Shown here in pieces: positions 17,761 through 31,958 of a stretch of DNA of 32,000 nt. The stretch's first letter is position 1; every line of letters begins with the position of its first letter. The translations under genes were made by a program, and so were the position numbers. Origin of the DNA: Candidatus Brocadia sp. (GTDB lineage Bacteria; Planctomycetota; Brocadiia; Brocadiales; Brocadiaceae); assembly GCA_021650915.1 (NCBI GenBank), contig CP091279.1:960001-992000 (forward strand), read 5' to 3'. The notes below the pieces were generated by a model. That model worked only from the letters and a program-made list of their open reading frames with translations. It did not search any database and was not told the origin of the DNA.

Positions 17761-17935
17761 CCTTACCATAAGAAGGTACTGTTTATTTATAAGAGAAGGA
17801 TTGCTTCGCTTCACTCGCAATGACAACGTGCCGTGTGCCATCAAAGTGCATGGTCGCTGTCATTGCGAGGGCCTTTTCCGAAGCAATCTCCCCGCTTTCA
17901 CAACGGAGAATTGGTTGCGGCCTTGCTGCGCTATG
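17761..17935 (-). repeat. About 170-bp hairpin-forming dispersed repeat, copy B (inverted relative to copy A)
   Basis: This is the reverse complement of 954-1119. It ends at the psd stop codon (17931-17933). Confidence 0.8.
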
Positions 17936-18590
17936 TATTCTTTATCTTCCCAAGCACCGTTTTTCCCGCCGTTACCTTATCACCCACCTTAACCATTACC
18001 TCAAACGGCACCGCGTCAGGAACAAAGACCTCTACCCGTGAACCAAATTTGATCATGCCAAATCGCTGCCCCTGCCTTAAAACATCCCCTACCTTGCATG
18101 CGCATACAATGCGTCTGGCGATCCTGCCTGCAATCTGTTTTACCGCAATCCTGATATCGTTTTCCCTGAGGGACAAACCCATCAGATTGCTTTCATTACT
18201 CCGAAAACACTCATCATCCCTGGCATCAAGGAATTTTCCGTCCGTGTGCTTTATATATTCGACACACCCGTGCGCCGGCATCCGGTTTACGTGCACGTTC
18301 AGCACGGACATAAAAATGCTGACCTTCGTTGTATTACAGTGCAGGTAGTTGTCCTCAAAGACCGGCACAATATGAGATACCGTGCCGTCAGCAGGGGCAA
18401 TAATGAGGCCGTCACCGTGCGGGGCATCTCTGTCCGGATCGCGAAAAAAGTTAAGGAGAAAGGCCAGGACAAAGACAGGAAGAGGCGCTATCCACGGTAA
18501 AAATATAAGGGACAATACAAGCCCAGCCACACAGGGAACGCCAAAGAGAACCAGCTCTCGTCTGCCATATTTGGTCAGCGGGATTCGCAT
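17931..18590 (-). CDS. psd: Phosphatidylserine decarboxylase proenzyme (short form)
   Basis: The 219-aa protein has two N-terminal TM helices, FFRDPDR, and the GS self-cleavage region MIKFGSRVEVFVP near the C-terminus. Confidence 0.85.
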   Translation of the reverse strand: MRIPLTKYGRRELVLFGVPCVAGLVLSLIFLPWIAPLPVFVLAFLLNFFRDPDRDAPHGDGLIIAPADGTVSHIVPVFEDNYLHCNTTKVSIFMSVLNVHVNRMPAHGCVEYIKHTDGKFLDARDDECFRSNESNLMGLSLRENDIRIAVKQIAGRIARRIVCACKVGDVLRQGQRFGMIKFGSRVEVFVPDAVPFEVMVKVGDKVTAGKTVLGKIKNT

Positions 18591-18629
18591 AAAGATATCT
18601 TTCCTTTCAATTTCCTTGTCATACCACGC

Positions 18630-20021
18630 CTATAGTTGAATATGTTCCAGCATGTCAGGCACATAAGCGTCATAACGCAGCCGATCATGAATCGTCTTTG
18701 CAAAGTCCACGGCAGTATTTTCTTCACCGTGCATGACAAAGACACGCTGCGGCCGCTTTTTGAATTTACCAAGCCAGTCCAGGAGTTCATCGCGGTCTGC
18801 ATGGGCAGAAAGACCGCCAATCGTGTAAATGGATGCCTTTACGGCAATCTCCTCGCCAAAAATACTTACGATTTTAGCGCCCTCAACAATCCGGCGTCCC
18901 AAAGTGCCCGCCGCCTGGAATCCAACAAAGATGACACTGCATTCCGGACGCCATAGGTTATGTTTCAGGTGATGCCGGATGCGGCCTGCCTCACACATGC
19001 CGCTGGCTGAGATAATGATGGCGCTGCTTTTCAACTTGTTTATGCTCTTTGAATCTTCGGCTGACTCCGTAAAGGTTAGCTCGAGCGCACCCCTGGAAAA
19101 GCCGCCTCTCTTTACCAGCGCCAGGGTCTCCTCGTCCAGGCATTCAGGATGTTTTATCGTGATGCGAGTCGCCTGCAGGGCCATCGGGCTGTCCACGAAG
19201 ACCCGGAGTTGGTTTATTTTCCCCGCTCTGGCCATCTGATTCAGGAGATAAAGAACCTCCTGCGTCCGCCCTACGGCAAATGCCGGAATAATCACATTCC
19301 CGCCCCTCTTTACCGACTCTGCAATTACGCGGTTAAATTCTTCAACGGTCTCCTCTATTCCCTTGTGTCTCCGGTTACCATACGTTGATTCTATGAAAAC
19401 ATAATCCCCTTCTTCAATAAACGTCGGGTTTTTAACGAGGGGGACATTCTTTTGCCCCAGGTCTCCGGAGAAGACCAGTTTCTTTTCCATCGTATCGTCA
19501 CGCACCCACAGCTCCACTATGGCAGAGCCCAGGATATGGCCTGCATCACGAAATCTCACTTTAAACCCATCCCCCAGTTCCCGCGTCTCTCCATAGGAAA
19601 TCCCCTGGAAATAGGCGATACTGTCAGCGGCTTCCTGAACCGTATACAAGGGACTAACGAGAGGTCTTCCCGCCCTCATATGTCGCTCGTTTTCCCACTC
19701 CGCATCCCGTTCCTGGATATGGGCAGAATCCAGCAACACAACGCCGCACAAATCAACGGTGGCGTGAGTTGCGAGGATCTTGCCCCGAAAACCTTCTTTT
19801 ACCAGTTTGGGAATGAGACCCGAATGATCGAGATGCGCATGGGTCAGGAGGACGTACTGAATTTCTGACGGCCTGAAGGGAAACGGGCTGCTGTTTTTTT
19901 GCTCGTTATCCTTCGTTCCCTGAAAGAAACCGCAATCTACCAGGATATTTGTCGCATTTGCATGGATGCCGTAACAGGAGCCGGTAACCGTCTTTGCCGC
20001 ACCAAAAAAGGTGATCTTCAT
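18630..20021 (-). CDS. MBL-fold beta-CASP family RNA-metabolising hydrolase
   Basis: MKITFFGAAKTVTGSCY, LLTHAHLDHSG, ESTYG and GLSAHAD follow the metallo-beta-lactamase / beta-CASP motif order. I prefer the start at ATG 20021. Confidence 0.85.
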   Translation of the reverse strand: MKITFFGAAKTVTGSCYGIHANATNILVDCGFFQGTKDNEQKNSSPFPFRPSEIQYVLLTHAHLDHSGLIPKLVKEGFRGKILATHATVDLCGVVLLDSAHIQERDAEWENERHMRAGRPLVSPLYTVQEAADSIAYFQGISYGETRELGDGFKVRFRDAGHILGSAIVELWVRDDTMEKKLVFSGDLGQKNVPLVKNPTFIEEGDYVFIESTYGNRRHKGIEETVEEFNRVIAESVKRGGNVIIPAFAVGRTQEVLYLLNQMARAGKINQLRVFVDSPMALQATRITIKHPECLDEETLALVKRGGFSRGALELTFTESAEDSKSINKLKSSAIIISASGMCEAGRIRHHLKHNLWRPECSVIFVGFQAAGTLGRRIVEGAKIVSIFGEEIAVKASIYTIGGLSAHADRDELLDWLGKFKKRPQRVFVMHGEENTAVDFAKTIHDRLRYDAYVPDMLEHIQL

Positions 20022-20156
20022 GCTTATAATGTACAATGGAACGATGCGTGAGTAAAGGAGAAAAGTATTTCGTTGTATTTCACGCCAAAATCATGTAAAT
20101 ATGTAAATCTTTGACGTAAGACACGCCTCTTTAGGGATGAACGGGAATCGATACCC

Positions 20157-21008
20157 ATGGAAAGTAAAGGCCGTCAGGCAACCATTATTCTGGTCATTTG
20201 CAATATCTTTCTCTTTGCAATCAAGATCACCGCTGGCATCATGTCAAACAGCCTTGCCATCATTTCAGACGCCTTTAACTCCCTCACCGATATTATCTCT
20301 TCGGTAATCATCTTCTTTGCCGTAAAGGTATCCTCAAAGGCGGCGGATGACGGGCACCCCTTTGGTCACCATCGGGCGGAACCGATAGCGGGTTTGATTG
20401 TCGCAATTTTTGCCGGTATTTTAGGATTTGAAATCCTGCACACCGCTGTTTTCAAACTTCTGGATTCTTATGCCCCGAAGATCGGCATCCCTGCAATGAT
20501 AACCCTCCTCGTATCTATCGGCATGAAATTATTTATGTCCGGCTATCTGAAAAAGGTAAGCCATAAAATCAACAGTCCCGCCTTGCTGGCAAGCTCTATC
20601 GACAGCAGAAACGACGTCTGCATATCATCTGCCGCCCTTCTCGGGATTATTGGCGGTCTCCTCGGATATGTCAGGATAGATGGCATTGCAGCAATCTTTA
20701 TCAGCTTTTGGATTATTTATTCAGGATACAAGATCGGCGTGAATAATATTGATTACCTCATGGGCAAACAACCGGAAGACAGCATTATGGAGGAGATTAA
20801 AAAGAAGGCCGCTGCCGTTTCAGGCGTTATAGGTATTCACGACGTCCGCGCACATTACGTGGGACATTACATTCACGTTGAAATTCATATATCCGTAGAC
20901 CATGCCCTGACGCTGACTCAGGCGCACAACCTCGGGAAAAACGTGCAACGGACCGTGGAGTCCATTGAGAGTATTCATAAGGCATTTGTTCATATAGACC
21001 CGATCTGA
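20157..21008 (+). CDS. Cation diffusion facilitator (CDF) family metal efflux transporter
   Basis: SNSLAIISDAFNSLTDI...GHPFGHHRAEPIAGL and six TM helices plus a C-terminal cytoplasmic domain fit a CDF transporter. Confidence 0.9.
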   Translation: MESKGRQATIILVICNIFLFAIKITAGIMSNSLAIISDAFNSLTDIISSVIIFFAVKVSSKAADDGHPFGHHRAEPIAGLIVAIFAGILGFEILHTAVFKLLDSYAPKIGIPAMITLLVSIGMKLFMSGYLKKVSHKINSPALLASSIDSRNDVCISSAALLGIIGGLLGYVRIDGIAAIFISFWIIYSGYKIGVNNIDYLMGKQPEDSIMEEIKKKAAAVSGVIGIHDVRAHYVGHYIHVEIHISVDHALTLTQAHNLGKNVQRTVESIESIHKAFVHIDPI

Positions 21009-21112
21009 AGGGTACGGCGTACGACACCATTTCGTGGAGAGGCCGGGATTCTGATTTGATGTCAGAAAATTTCGGACGGGAAGACCTCATCGATAGAAAT
21101 TCCTCTATCAGC

Positions 21113-21178
21113 AGAGGTGAAGAGAAAGGAGAGGAGAGAAAGGAGAGGAGAGGAGAGGAGAGGAGAGGAGAGGAGAGG
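21113..21178. repeat. Purine tract with pentanucleotide microsatellite (AGGAG)n
   Basis: The perfect run AGGAG x7.6 lies at 21141-21178, with two further copies at 21127-21136. It sits in the convergent intergenic region between the CDF gene (+) and the zinc-ribbon gene (-). Confidence 0.9.
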
Positions 21179-21188
21179 TGTCTCATCC

Positions 21189-21473
21189 TCATGAATGAGA
21201 CACCATGGTAGACGTAGCGCCTTTTCGGGGTTTTTGCGATGTCTGGATATATTTTTTACCGGTAGTTACGGCATGATCGTAATCAAATCGTTGAAAACAC
21301 CGTGGACATTCAATATAGTTGTCGTCCTGCCTTAAACTGGGCAATGTGCCGCTTTCTTCAGTTCTTATGCCCAGTTCGGGTGATTGTTTGACAATCTGAA
21401 AATTGCTCGTAAAAATTTTAAATTCCTTATTGTTCCCACAATGAGGGCATACAAAAAATCTCTTCGTCGTCAT
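21189..21473 (-). CDS. Small zinc-ribbon protein (CPHC...CPRC), function unknown
   Basis: A strong RBS AAGGAGG lies 8 nt upstream of the ATG. The 94-aa protein has two CxxC pairs. Confidence 0.65.
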   Translation of the reverse strand: MTTKRFFVCPHCGNNKEFKIFTSNFQIVKQSPELGIRTEESGTLPSLRQDDNYIECPRCFQRFDYDHAVTTGKKYIQTSQKPRKGATSTMVSHS

Positions 21474-21566
21474 GCGTTCAGCCTCCTTACAGTATGAATC
21501 ACAAAATTATCGAAAATAAGCACATTGCAATAAACACGGCAGAAAATTATTTTGTTCCCAGGAACT

Positions 21567-22511
21567 ATGTCCTCTTATAAGTCAATCATTCAAAAAGCGT
21601 GGGCGCTCCGGAAGAAATACGTCAACCTCGCCGGCACAAATGCCTACCGGCTGATCAACTCTTACGGTGACGGGCTGCCCGCGGTAACAATAGACGTCTA
21701 TGACAAAAACATCCTTATCCAATATTTTAAGTCGTACGAACAACAGAGAAAGGAGGGTATTTACCATGCCCTGCATGAACTTCTGACACCTGAAACGATC
21801 ACGGAAAAGATACGACTCAAGGGTGAAGACGTCAAAACGGATCTGATTTGTGGACAAAAAATTCCGGAAAATTTCGTGGCGCTGGAAAACGACATTTCAT
21901 TCGCGATATCATTTCTGGAAGGAGGCGGAACAGGCCTCTTTTTAGATCAGCGTGACAACCGGAAGAAGGTGCAACTTCTCGCCAAAGACAGAGAAGTGCT
22001 GAACTGCTTTTGTTATACCTCTTCTTTCTCCGTGTATGCAAGCCTTGGGGGAGCAGCCAGAACGATCAACGTGGACTTATCAAAAAAGGCCATAGAATGG
22101 AGTAAGAGGAATTTCTTTCTGAACCACTTGGACGCAAACAATCATGAGTTCATTGTGGGAGATGTATGGGATTGGACGAAACTCTTTCAAAAAAAGGGGC
22201 GGACGTTTGATATGATCATTCTTGATCCACCCAGCTTCTCTACCAGCAAAACCGCCGTATTTGCGGTGGAGAAGGATTTTCCTCAATTGCTTGGGCGGGG
22301 GCTCAACCTCCTTCGCGAGGACGGCATCCTCATCTTTTCCACAAACCTGGCAAAAATGAACTTTTCAAAACTGTTTCAACTCTTACCGAAGATAAAAAAC
22401 TTCACTTCCAAACCATATAAGCTGATGGGCGTCTCGTCACAGGGTTTAGACTTTCCCATAGACGGAATACATCTTGAGGAGCCCTATTTGAAGTTCATCA
22501 TGCTGTCATAA
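21567..22511 (+). CDS. Class I SAM-dependent methyltransferase, RlmI-like (rRNA m5C methyltransferase family)
   Basis: GLFLDQRDNR, VLNCFCYTSSFSVYA, INVDLSKKAIEW and MIILDPPSFS match the family. The first ATG is at 21567 (the ORF track uses TTG 21552). Confidence 0.8.
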   Translation: MSSYKSIIQKAWALRKKYVNLAGTNAYRLINSYGDGLPAVTIDVYDKNILIQYFKSYEQQRKEGIYHALHELLTPETITEKIRLKGEDVKTDLICGQKIPENFVALENDISFAISFLEGGGTGLFLDQRDNRKKVQLLAKDREVLNCFCYTSSFSVYASLGGAARTINVDLSKKAIEWSKRNFFLNHLDANNHEFIVGDVWDWTKLFQKKGRTFDMIILDPPSFSTSKTAVFAVEKDFPQLLGRGLNLLREDGILIFSTNLAKMNFSKLFQLLPKIKNFTSKPYKLMGVSSQGLDFPIDGIHLEEPYLKFIMLS

Positions 22512-22577
22512 CGCATCCATTCTTTTCTCTATTGTACCTCCTCTTGGGCACATGTCGCACAAAGAGCATACCAACGC

Positions 22578-28692
<6,115 letters not shown>

Positions 28693-28875
28693 ACCGCGCT
28701 CGTAACCTACCAGCAACGGGCAACTTCCTTGCTGTTTTGCGCGGATACATCATTTTGCATCTAAAATAATCTTCGGTTATCAACGGTCATTTTGCTAACA
28801 CCTTTACACACAACATCTTTTCATCTCCGCGAACCATCCTGAGAAATTATGTAAGCTCAAGGTTCGCACCGGCGT
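28693..28875 (-). promoter_or_regulatory. CRISPR leader
   Basis: This 183-bp non-coding, relatively AT-rich segment lies between the cas2 stop (28876) and the first leader-proximal repeat (28661-28692). Confidence 0.6.
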
Positions 28876-29163
28876 TTAAACAATCAAAGGCCCGTCCTGT
28901 TCAACAGACGGTTTTGCGCCAACGTGCTCCACACGATGCTTATAGTTGGCGCCAAGGTAATAAAATCTCAGGCTGTCTTTCTCGGGGTCAATCTCTGAAA
29001 TCAATCTCGCCTTCAGCATTGTCCACTGAGCAGGATCAACAATGCACTCAAACACCGAATACTGCACCCGCTGTCCGTAATCCTTACATGCGCGGGCAAC
29101 CCTTCGCAGGCGGCGCTGTCCGGTATCATCAGATGCAACATCATAGCTTATAAGCACAAGCAT
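28876..29163 (-). CDS. cas2: CRISPR-associated endoribonuclease Cas2
   Basis: [42 protein letters not shown] is the canonical Cas2 N-terminus. The RBS AGGAGTGAAT precedes ATG 29163; the ORF-track start 29208 adds an implausible extension. Confidence 0.92.
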   Translation of the reverse strand: MLVLISYDVASDDTGQRRLRRVARACKDYGQRVQYSVFECIVDPAQWTMLKARLISEIDPEKDSLRFYYLGANYKHRVEHVGAKPSVEQDGPLIV

Positions 29164-29186
29164 ATTCACTCCTAACTCAGGCAAAA

Positions 29187-29217
29187 AGATACAAAGGCTC
29201 AGAGGCACAAAGTTTAA
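29187..29217. repeat. Left arm of the inverted repeat bounding the four-helix-bundle gene
   Basis: AGATACAAAGGCTCAGAGGCACAAAGTTTAA matches the reverse complement of 29641-29670 (AGAGACAAAGGCACAAAGGCACAAAGTTAA) at about 25/28 positions plus a 1-nt indel. Confidence 0.75.
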
Positions 29218-29259
29218 TCAAATATACAAATCCATAAGCTCCTCATCTTCCATTTGTTA

Positions 29260-29625
29260 CTATGTACCTAAGCAATTTCCTACTTTTTTGATTAAACTAC
29301 TGAGCATTCTTTCTATCTCCCTACTCTGTTCATAAATCTTTTCAAAATGTTCTTTTGATAAATACCCTAAATTTAAACAAATCTCCAATTGAGTTTGCAA
29401 TTCATATAAAGAGCCAATTGCTATCTGTAAAAAACGAACATAATCATTTGTAGAATATCTGCCATATCCTTCTGCAATATTACTTGGTATTGATACCGCA
29501 CTTCTTCTTATTTGCGATACCAATCCATAGAGTTCTTCTTTCGGGAGCAATCTTGTTATTGAATAAACATTAGTTACCAACACCATTGATTTTTGCCATA
29601 CAACGAGATCCCTATAGTGTCTCAT
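29260..29625 (-). CDS. Four-helix-bundle protein (23S rRNA intervening-sequence protein / Avd-like family)
   Basis: YRDLVVWQKSMVLVTNVYSITRLLPKEELYGLVSQIRRSAVSIPSNIAEGYGRYSTNDYVRFLQIAIGSLYELQTQL is the textbook pattern of this family (PF05635/TIGR02436, recalled from memory). Confidence 0.85.
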   Translation of the reverse strand: MRHYRDLVVWQKSMVLVTNVYSITRLLPKEELYGLVSQIRRSAVSIPSNIAEGYGRYSTNDYVRFLQIAIGSLYELQTQLEICLNLGYLSKEHFEKIYEQSREIERMLSSLIKKVGNCLGT

Positions 29626-29640
29626 TTTGATTGTCCCTTC

Positions 29641-29670
29641 TTAACTTTGTGCCTTTGTGCCTTTGTCTCT
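29641..29670. repeat. Right arm of the inverted repeat bounding the four-helix-bundle gene
   Basis: TTAACTTTGTGCCTTTGTGCCTTTGTCTCT lies between the cas1 stop (29679) and the start of the four-helix-bundle gene. It contains the internal tandem TGCCTTTG x2. Confidence 0.75.
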
Positions 29671-29678
29671 ATTAATTA

Positions 29679-30710
29679 TCACTTCCATAGAAAAGGCGGG
29701 TAATTGTCCATATCTCCGCGTAAATAACGGGCCATGAGTAATGCCTGTATATGAAAGAGCAGCCCCACAGTTACTTTCTCATTCAAAAACGGATGCAGTA
29801 TCTCTTCCTGCTTTCTCTTCTGGTAGGCCACCAGGACGGCCTTTCTCGTGTCATCATCCATCCACACTGCGCCCGATTCCTTCTTCTGAAACCCTTTCGC
29901 CTGCACCTGGCCGAGATTGATCAGGGAGAGCGTCAATCGGTCTGCAATGAAAGGGCGAAATTCCTCCATCAGGTCAAGCGCCAGGCCATATCTGCCCGGG
30001 CGGTCTCGGTGCAAAAAGCCAACCGCAGGGTCAAGCCCTACGCCCTCAAGCGCGGAACGCACGTCATGCATCAGGAGGGTATACAAAAAAGAGAGCAGGC
30101 AGTTTACCGTATCCAACGGAGGCCTCCTGTTTCTTTCCCGAAAGCGAAAATCGTCTTTCTGTGAAGTAATCAATTGATTAAAGACACCAAAGTATGTGGA
30201 TGCGGACTCCCCTTCTATTCCGCGTGAAATATCCAGTGTCAATTCAGCATTTAGCCGCACGATGTAATGGGCAAGCCTCTGAGAAGCCTTTGAAACCGCA
30301 TCAGCGTCAATCTTATCCGAATGGTCTCGTAATGCGCGCGAAAGCACCGTGCGACAATTTGCTATTTTACCGGTCAATACGGCACGAGCTATTAATGCAG
30401 AGGATTTTGGGTCATCAGCCCTGCGGTACTGCTCGCGCCTCAAAAGCACGTTGCCCGACACCGGGCCCTGCACCTTTGCGAGAAAATCGCCGGTTTCCGT
30501 CAAAAAACTGATTGCCACCTCCTTCTCAGCGCAGAATCCCATTAAGTAAGGGCTGCACGAGACCTGGCCAAAACAGACAATCCCGCCGAGGGTATGAACC
30601 GGGATGGTCAGTTTCACCTCACCCTCAACCTTCACCACCACCGTCTCACCCTCCTTGGCAAGATACGCCCCCTGCGTTGTGACGAATAATGTGTTCAGGT
30701 GTCTTTTCAT
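29679..30710 (-). CDS. cas1: CRISPR-associated integrase Cas1 (type I-C-like)
   Basis: The 343-aa protein starts MKRHLNTLFVTTQGAYLAKEGETVVV and carries GIEGESASTYF...RNRRPPLDTVNCLLSFLYTLL...GFLHRDRPGRYGLALDLMEEFRP (Cas1 catalytic E/H/D region). Confidence 0.95.
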   Translation of the reverse strand: MKRHLNTLFVTTQGAYLAKEGETVVVKVEGEVKLTIPVHTLGGIVCFGQVSCSPYLMGFCAEKEVAISFLTETGDFLAKVQGPVSGNVLLRREQYRRADDPKSSALIARAVLTGKIANCRTVLSRALRDHSDKIDADAVSKASQRLAHYIVRLNAELTLDISRGIEGESASTYFGVFNQLITSQKDDFRFRERNRRPPLDTVNCLLSFLYTLLMHDVRSALEGVGLDPAVGFLHRDRPGRYGLALDLMEEFRPFIADRLTLSLINLGQVQAKGFQKKESGAVWMDDDTRKAVLVAYQKRKQEEILHPFLNEKVTVGLLFHIQALLMARYLRGDMDNYPPFLWK

Positions 30711-31282
30711 TCTTTTGTCCTATTCTTTCTTTTTTCAGATCGTGCCCGGTAGAGCCTTTCTGTGAACCCACCCTCTTTCAGAAAGGTCTTTTCCAATGCC
30801 CGCAACTGCTGGTCGAGCAGGTAGTTTGTCTGGTGAATCAGGCAGATCATGGTGTTTGCCGCCACTTCCGGAGGCGAAGCCTCCAGATAGGTCTTATAAG
30901 TCTCATAAGACCTATTTTTACTATGCGCAAGTTTGCGCACAGCAAGCGCCTGCTCATGCTCTTTTCCCCAGAGAGGCAGCTTGCGCTGCCTCAAATAATC
31001 CTGAAAGTCAAGAAGCAGTTCTTCAAGGCTTGCCCGTGCCACGCCGACAAGCTTTAGTTCGGTTTTTTTAGAAGTGCCTGAAGCCATACTCCCTTCGGCA
31101 ATATTCTGCTTGCCGCTACGCGCCGCCTGCACCATCTGATCGTGGGTGCGGGAACGGCGGTCGATGAATCGGTCGCAGAATACTATTGTAGCATCATAAA
31201 CAATCTCTGACATTTTGTAGGACTGCAGTTCCCGATACCCGCCGTGCGGCGGGATAAGCGGAGATTCTTTATTATCAGTCAT
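30707..31282 (-). CDS. Four-helix-bundle protein with C-terminal suffix domain (23S rRNA IVS / Avd-like family)
   Basis: YRELQSYKMSEIVYDATIVFCDRF...THDQMVQAARSGKQNIAEGSMASGTSKKTELKLVGVARASLEELLLDFQDYLRQ...LLDQQLRALEKTFLKEGGFTERL matches the four-helix-bundle-plus-suffix architecture. ATG 31282 lies inside AATGACTGA, overlapping the cas4 stop, and its stop overlaps the cas1 start (ATGA). The ORF-track start 31303 is also possible. Confidence 0.8.
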   Translation of the reverse strand: MTDNKESPLIPPHGGYRELQSYKMSEIVYDATIVFCDRFIDRRSRTHDQMVQAARSGKQNIAEGSMASGTSKKTELKLVGVARASLEELLLDFQDYLRQRKLPLWGKEHEQALAVRKLAHSKNRSYETYKTYLEASPPEVAANTMICLIHQTNYLLDQQLRALEKTFLKEGGFTERLYRARSEKRKNRTKE

Positions 31283-31958
31283 TTTGTGCCTCCTCTTTTG
31301 CATCAGATGCGGAATCCATCGCCCTCATCAGATAATTACTTACCCTGCTGCTCACCTTCGGCATGCACAGATTTAGCAATGAACAGAGTTTGCACTTCTT
31401 TGAATATTCCGCCTTCGGGGTAATACCGGATGCAATGAGTTCATGCACCTTCCTTGAGGCATTCTCTGTCTCAGTCCGCAATGCTTTATCAAAAACCACA
31501 TCCATACGGCGACGGGTTTTGCCATAAAAAATAGCGCCAGATGGAATATTTCCGCCCAACATTTCTTCAAGGCAAATTCCTTGAGCGCAAAGCTGAATTG
31601 CAAAGCTAAGTTCATGACGAAGATATCCTCTTTTATACTCAACAGGGAACGGCAACCATAAACCGGATACGCCTTCAAGTTTAACTCCGCCTGTTGCCGT
31701 CTTATGAAACTCCACCATATCAGCCTTGCCGATGAGTCCAAGAACGAGGGAACGCAGCCAGACACTACGAGCAATCCGCACACTTCCGCGCACCTCCGAA
31801 GCTGATTCATCATCCACTCGTTCATGAAGGATAGAACCCTCAGCGGTCATTACATTGTCTTCCCAGACGCGCTCAATGAAATGCAATGCTGCACGGCGTT
31901 CGCAAAAAGTGAAATCGGATAGCGCGGAGATGGGGATCAAGTCATCTTCTGAATACAT
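31275..31958 (-). CDS. cas4: CRISPR-associated exonuclease Cas4 (RecB-like, Fe-S)
   Basis: There is an N-terminal Cys (FTFCERRAAL), the RecB motif GKADMVE...EYK, and a C-terminal CKLCSLLNLC (C-x2-C-x5-C). Confidence 0.9.
   Translation of the reverse strand: MYSEDDLIPISALSDFTFCERRAALHFIERVWEDNVMTAEGSILHERVDDESASEVRGSVRIARSVWLRSLVLGLIGKADMVEFHKTATGGVKLEGVSGLWLPFPVEYKRGYLRHELSFAIQLCAQGICLEEMLGGNIPSGAIFYGKTRRRMDVVFDKALRTETENASRKVHELIASGITPKAEYSKKCKLCSLLNLCMPKVSSRVSNYLMRAMDSASDAKEEAQND

Noticed and set aside
17833-18348. 171-aa plus-strand ORF, plus 17801-18041 and 18246-18639.
   Set aside because: They lie antisense to psd and to repeat copy B, with no domain signal.
20827-21192. Minus-strand 121-aa ORF with SSPLLSSPLL repeats.
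   Set aside because: Its N-terminal third is the translation of the (AGGAG)n microsatellite, and the rest is antisense to the 3' end of the CDF gene.
28876-29208. Longer N-terminal versions of several ORF-track entries (cas2 to 29208, ribE to 17429, the GT2 gene to 11235, the beta-CASP gene to 20036).
   Set aside because: The family-typical N-termini begin at internal ATGs with better RBS placement. The extensions add non-homologous residues.
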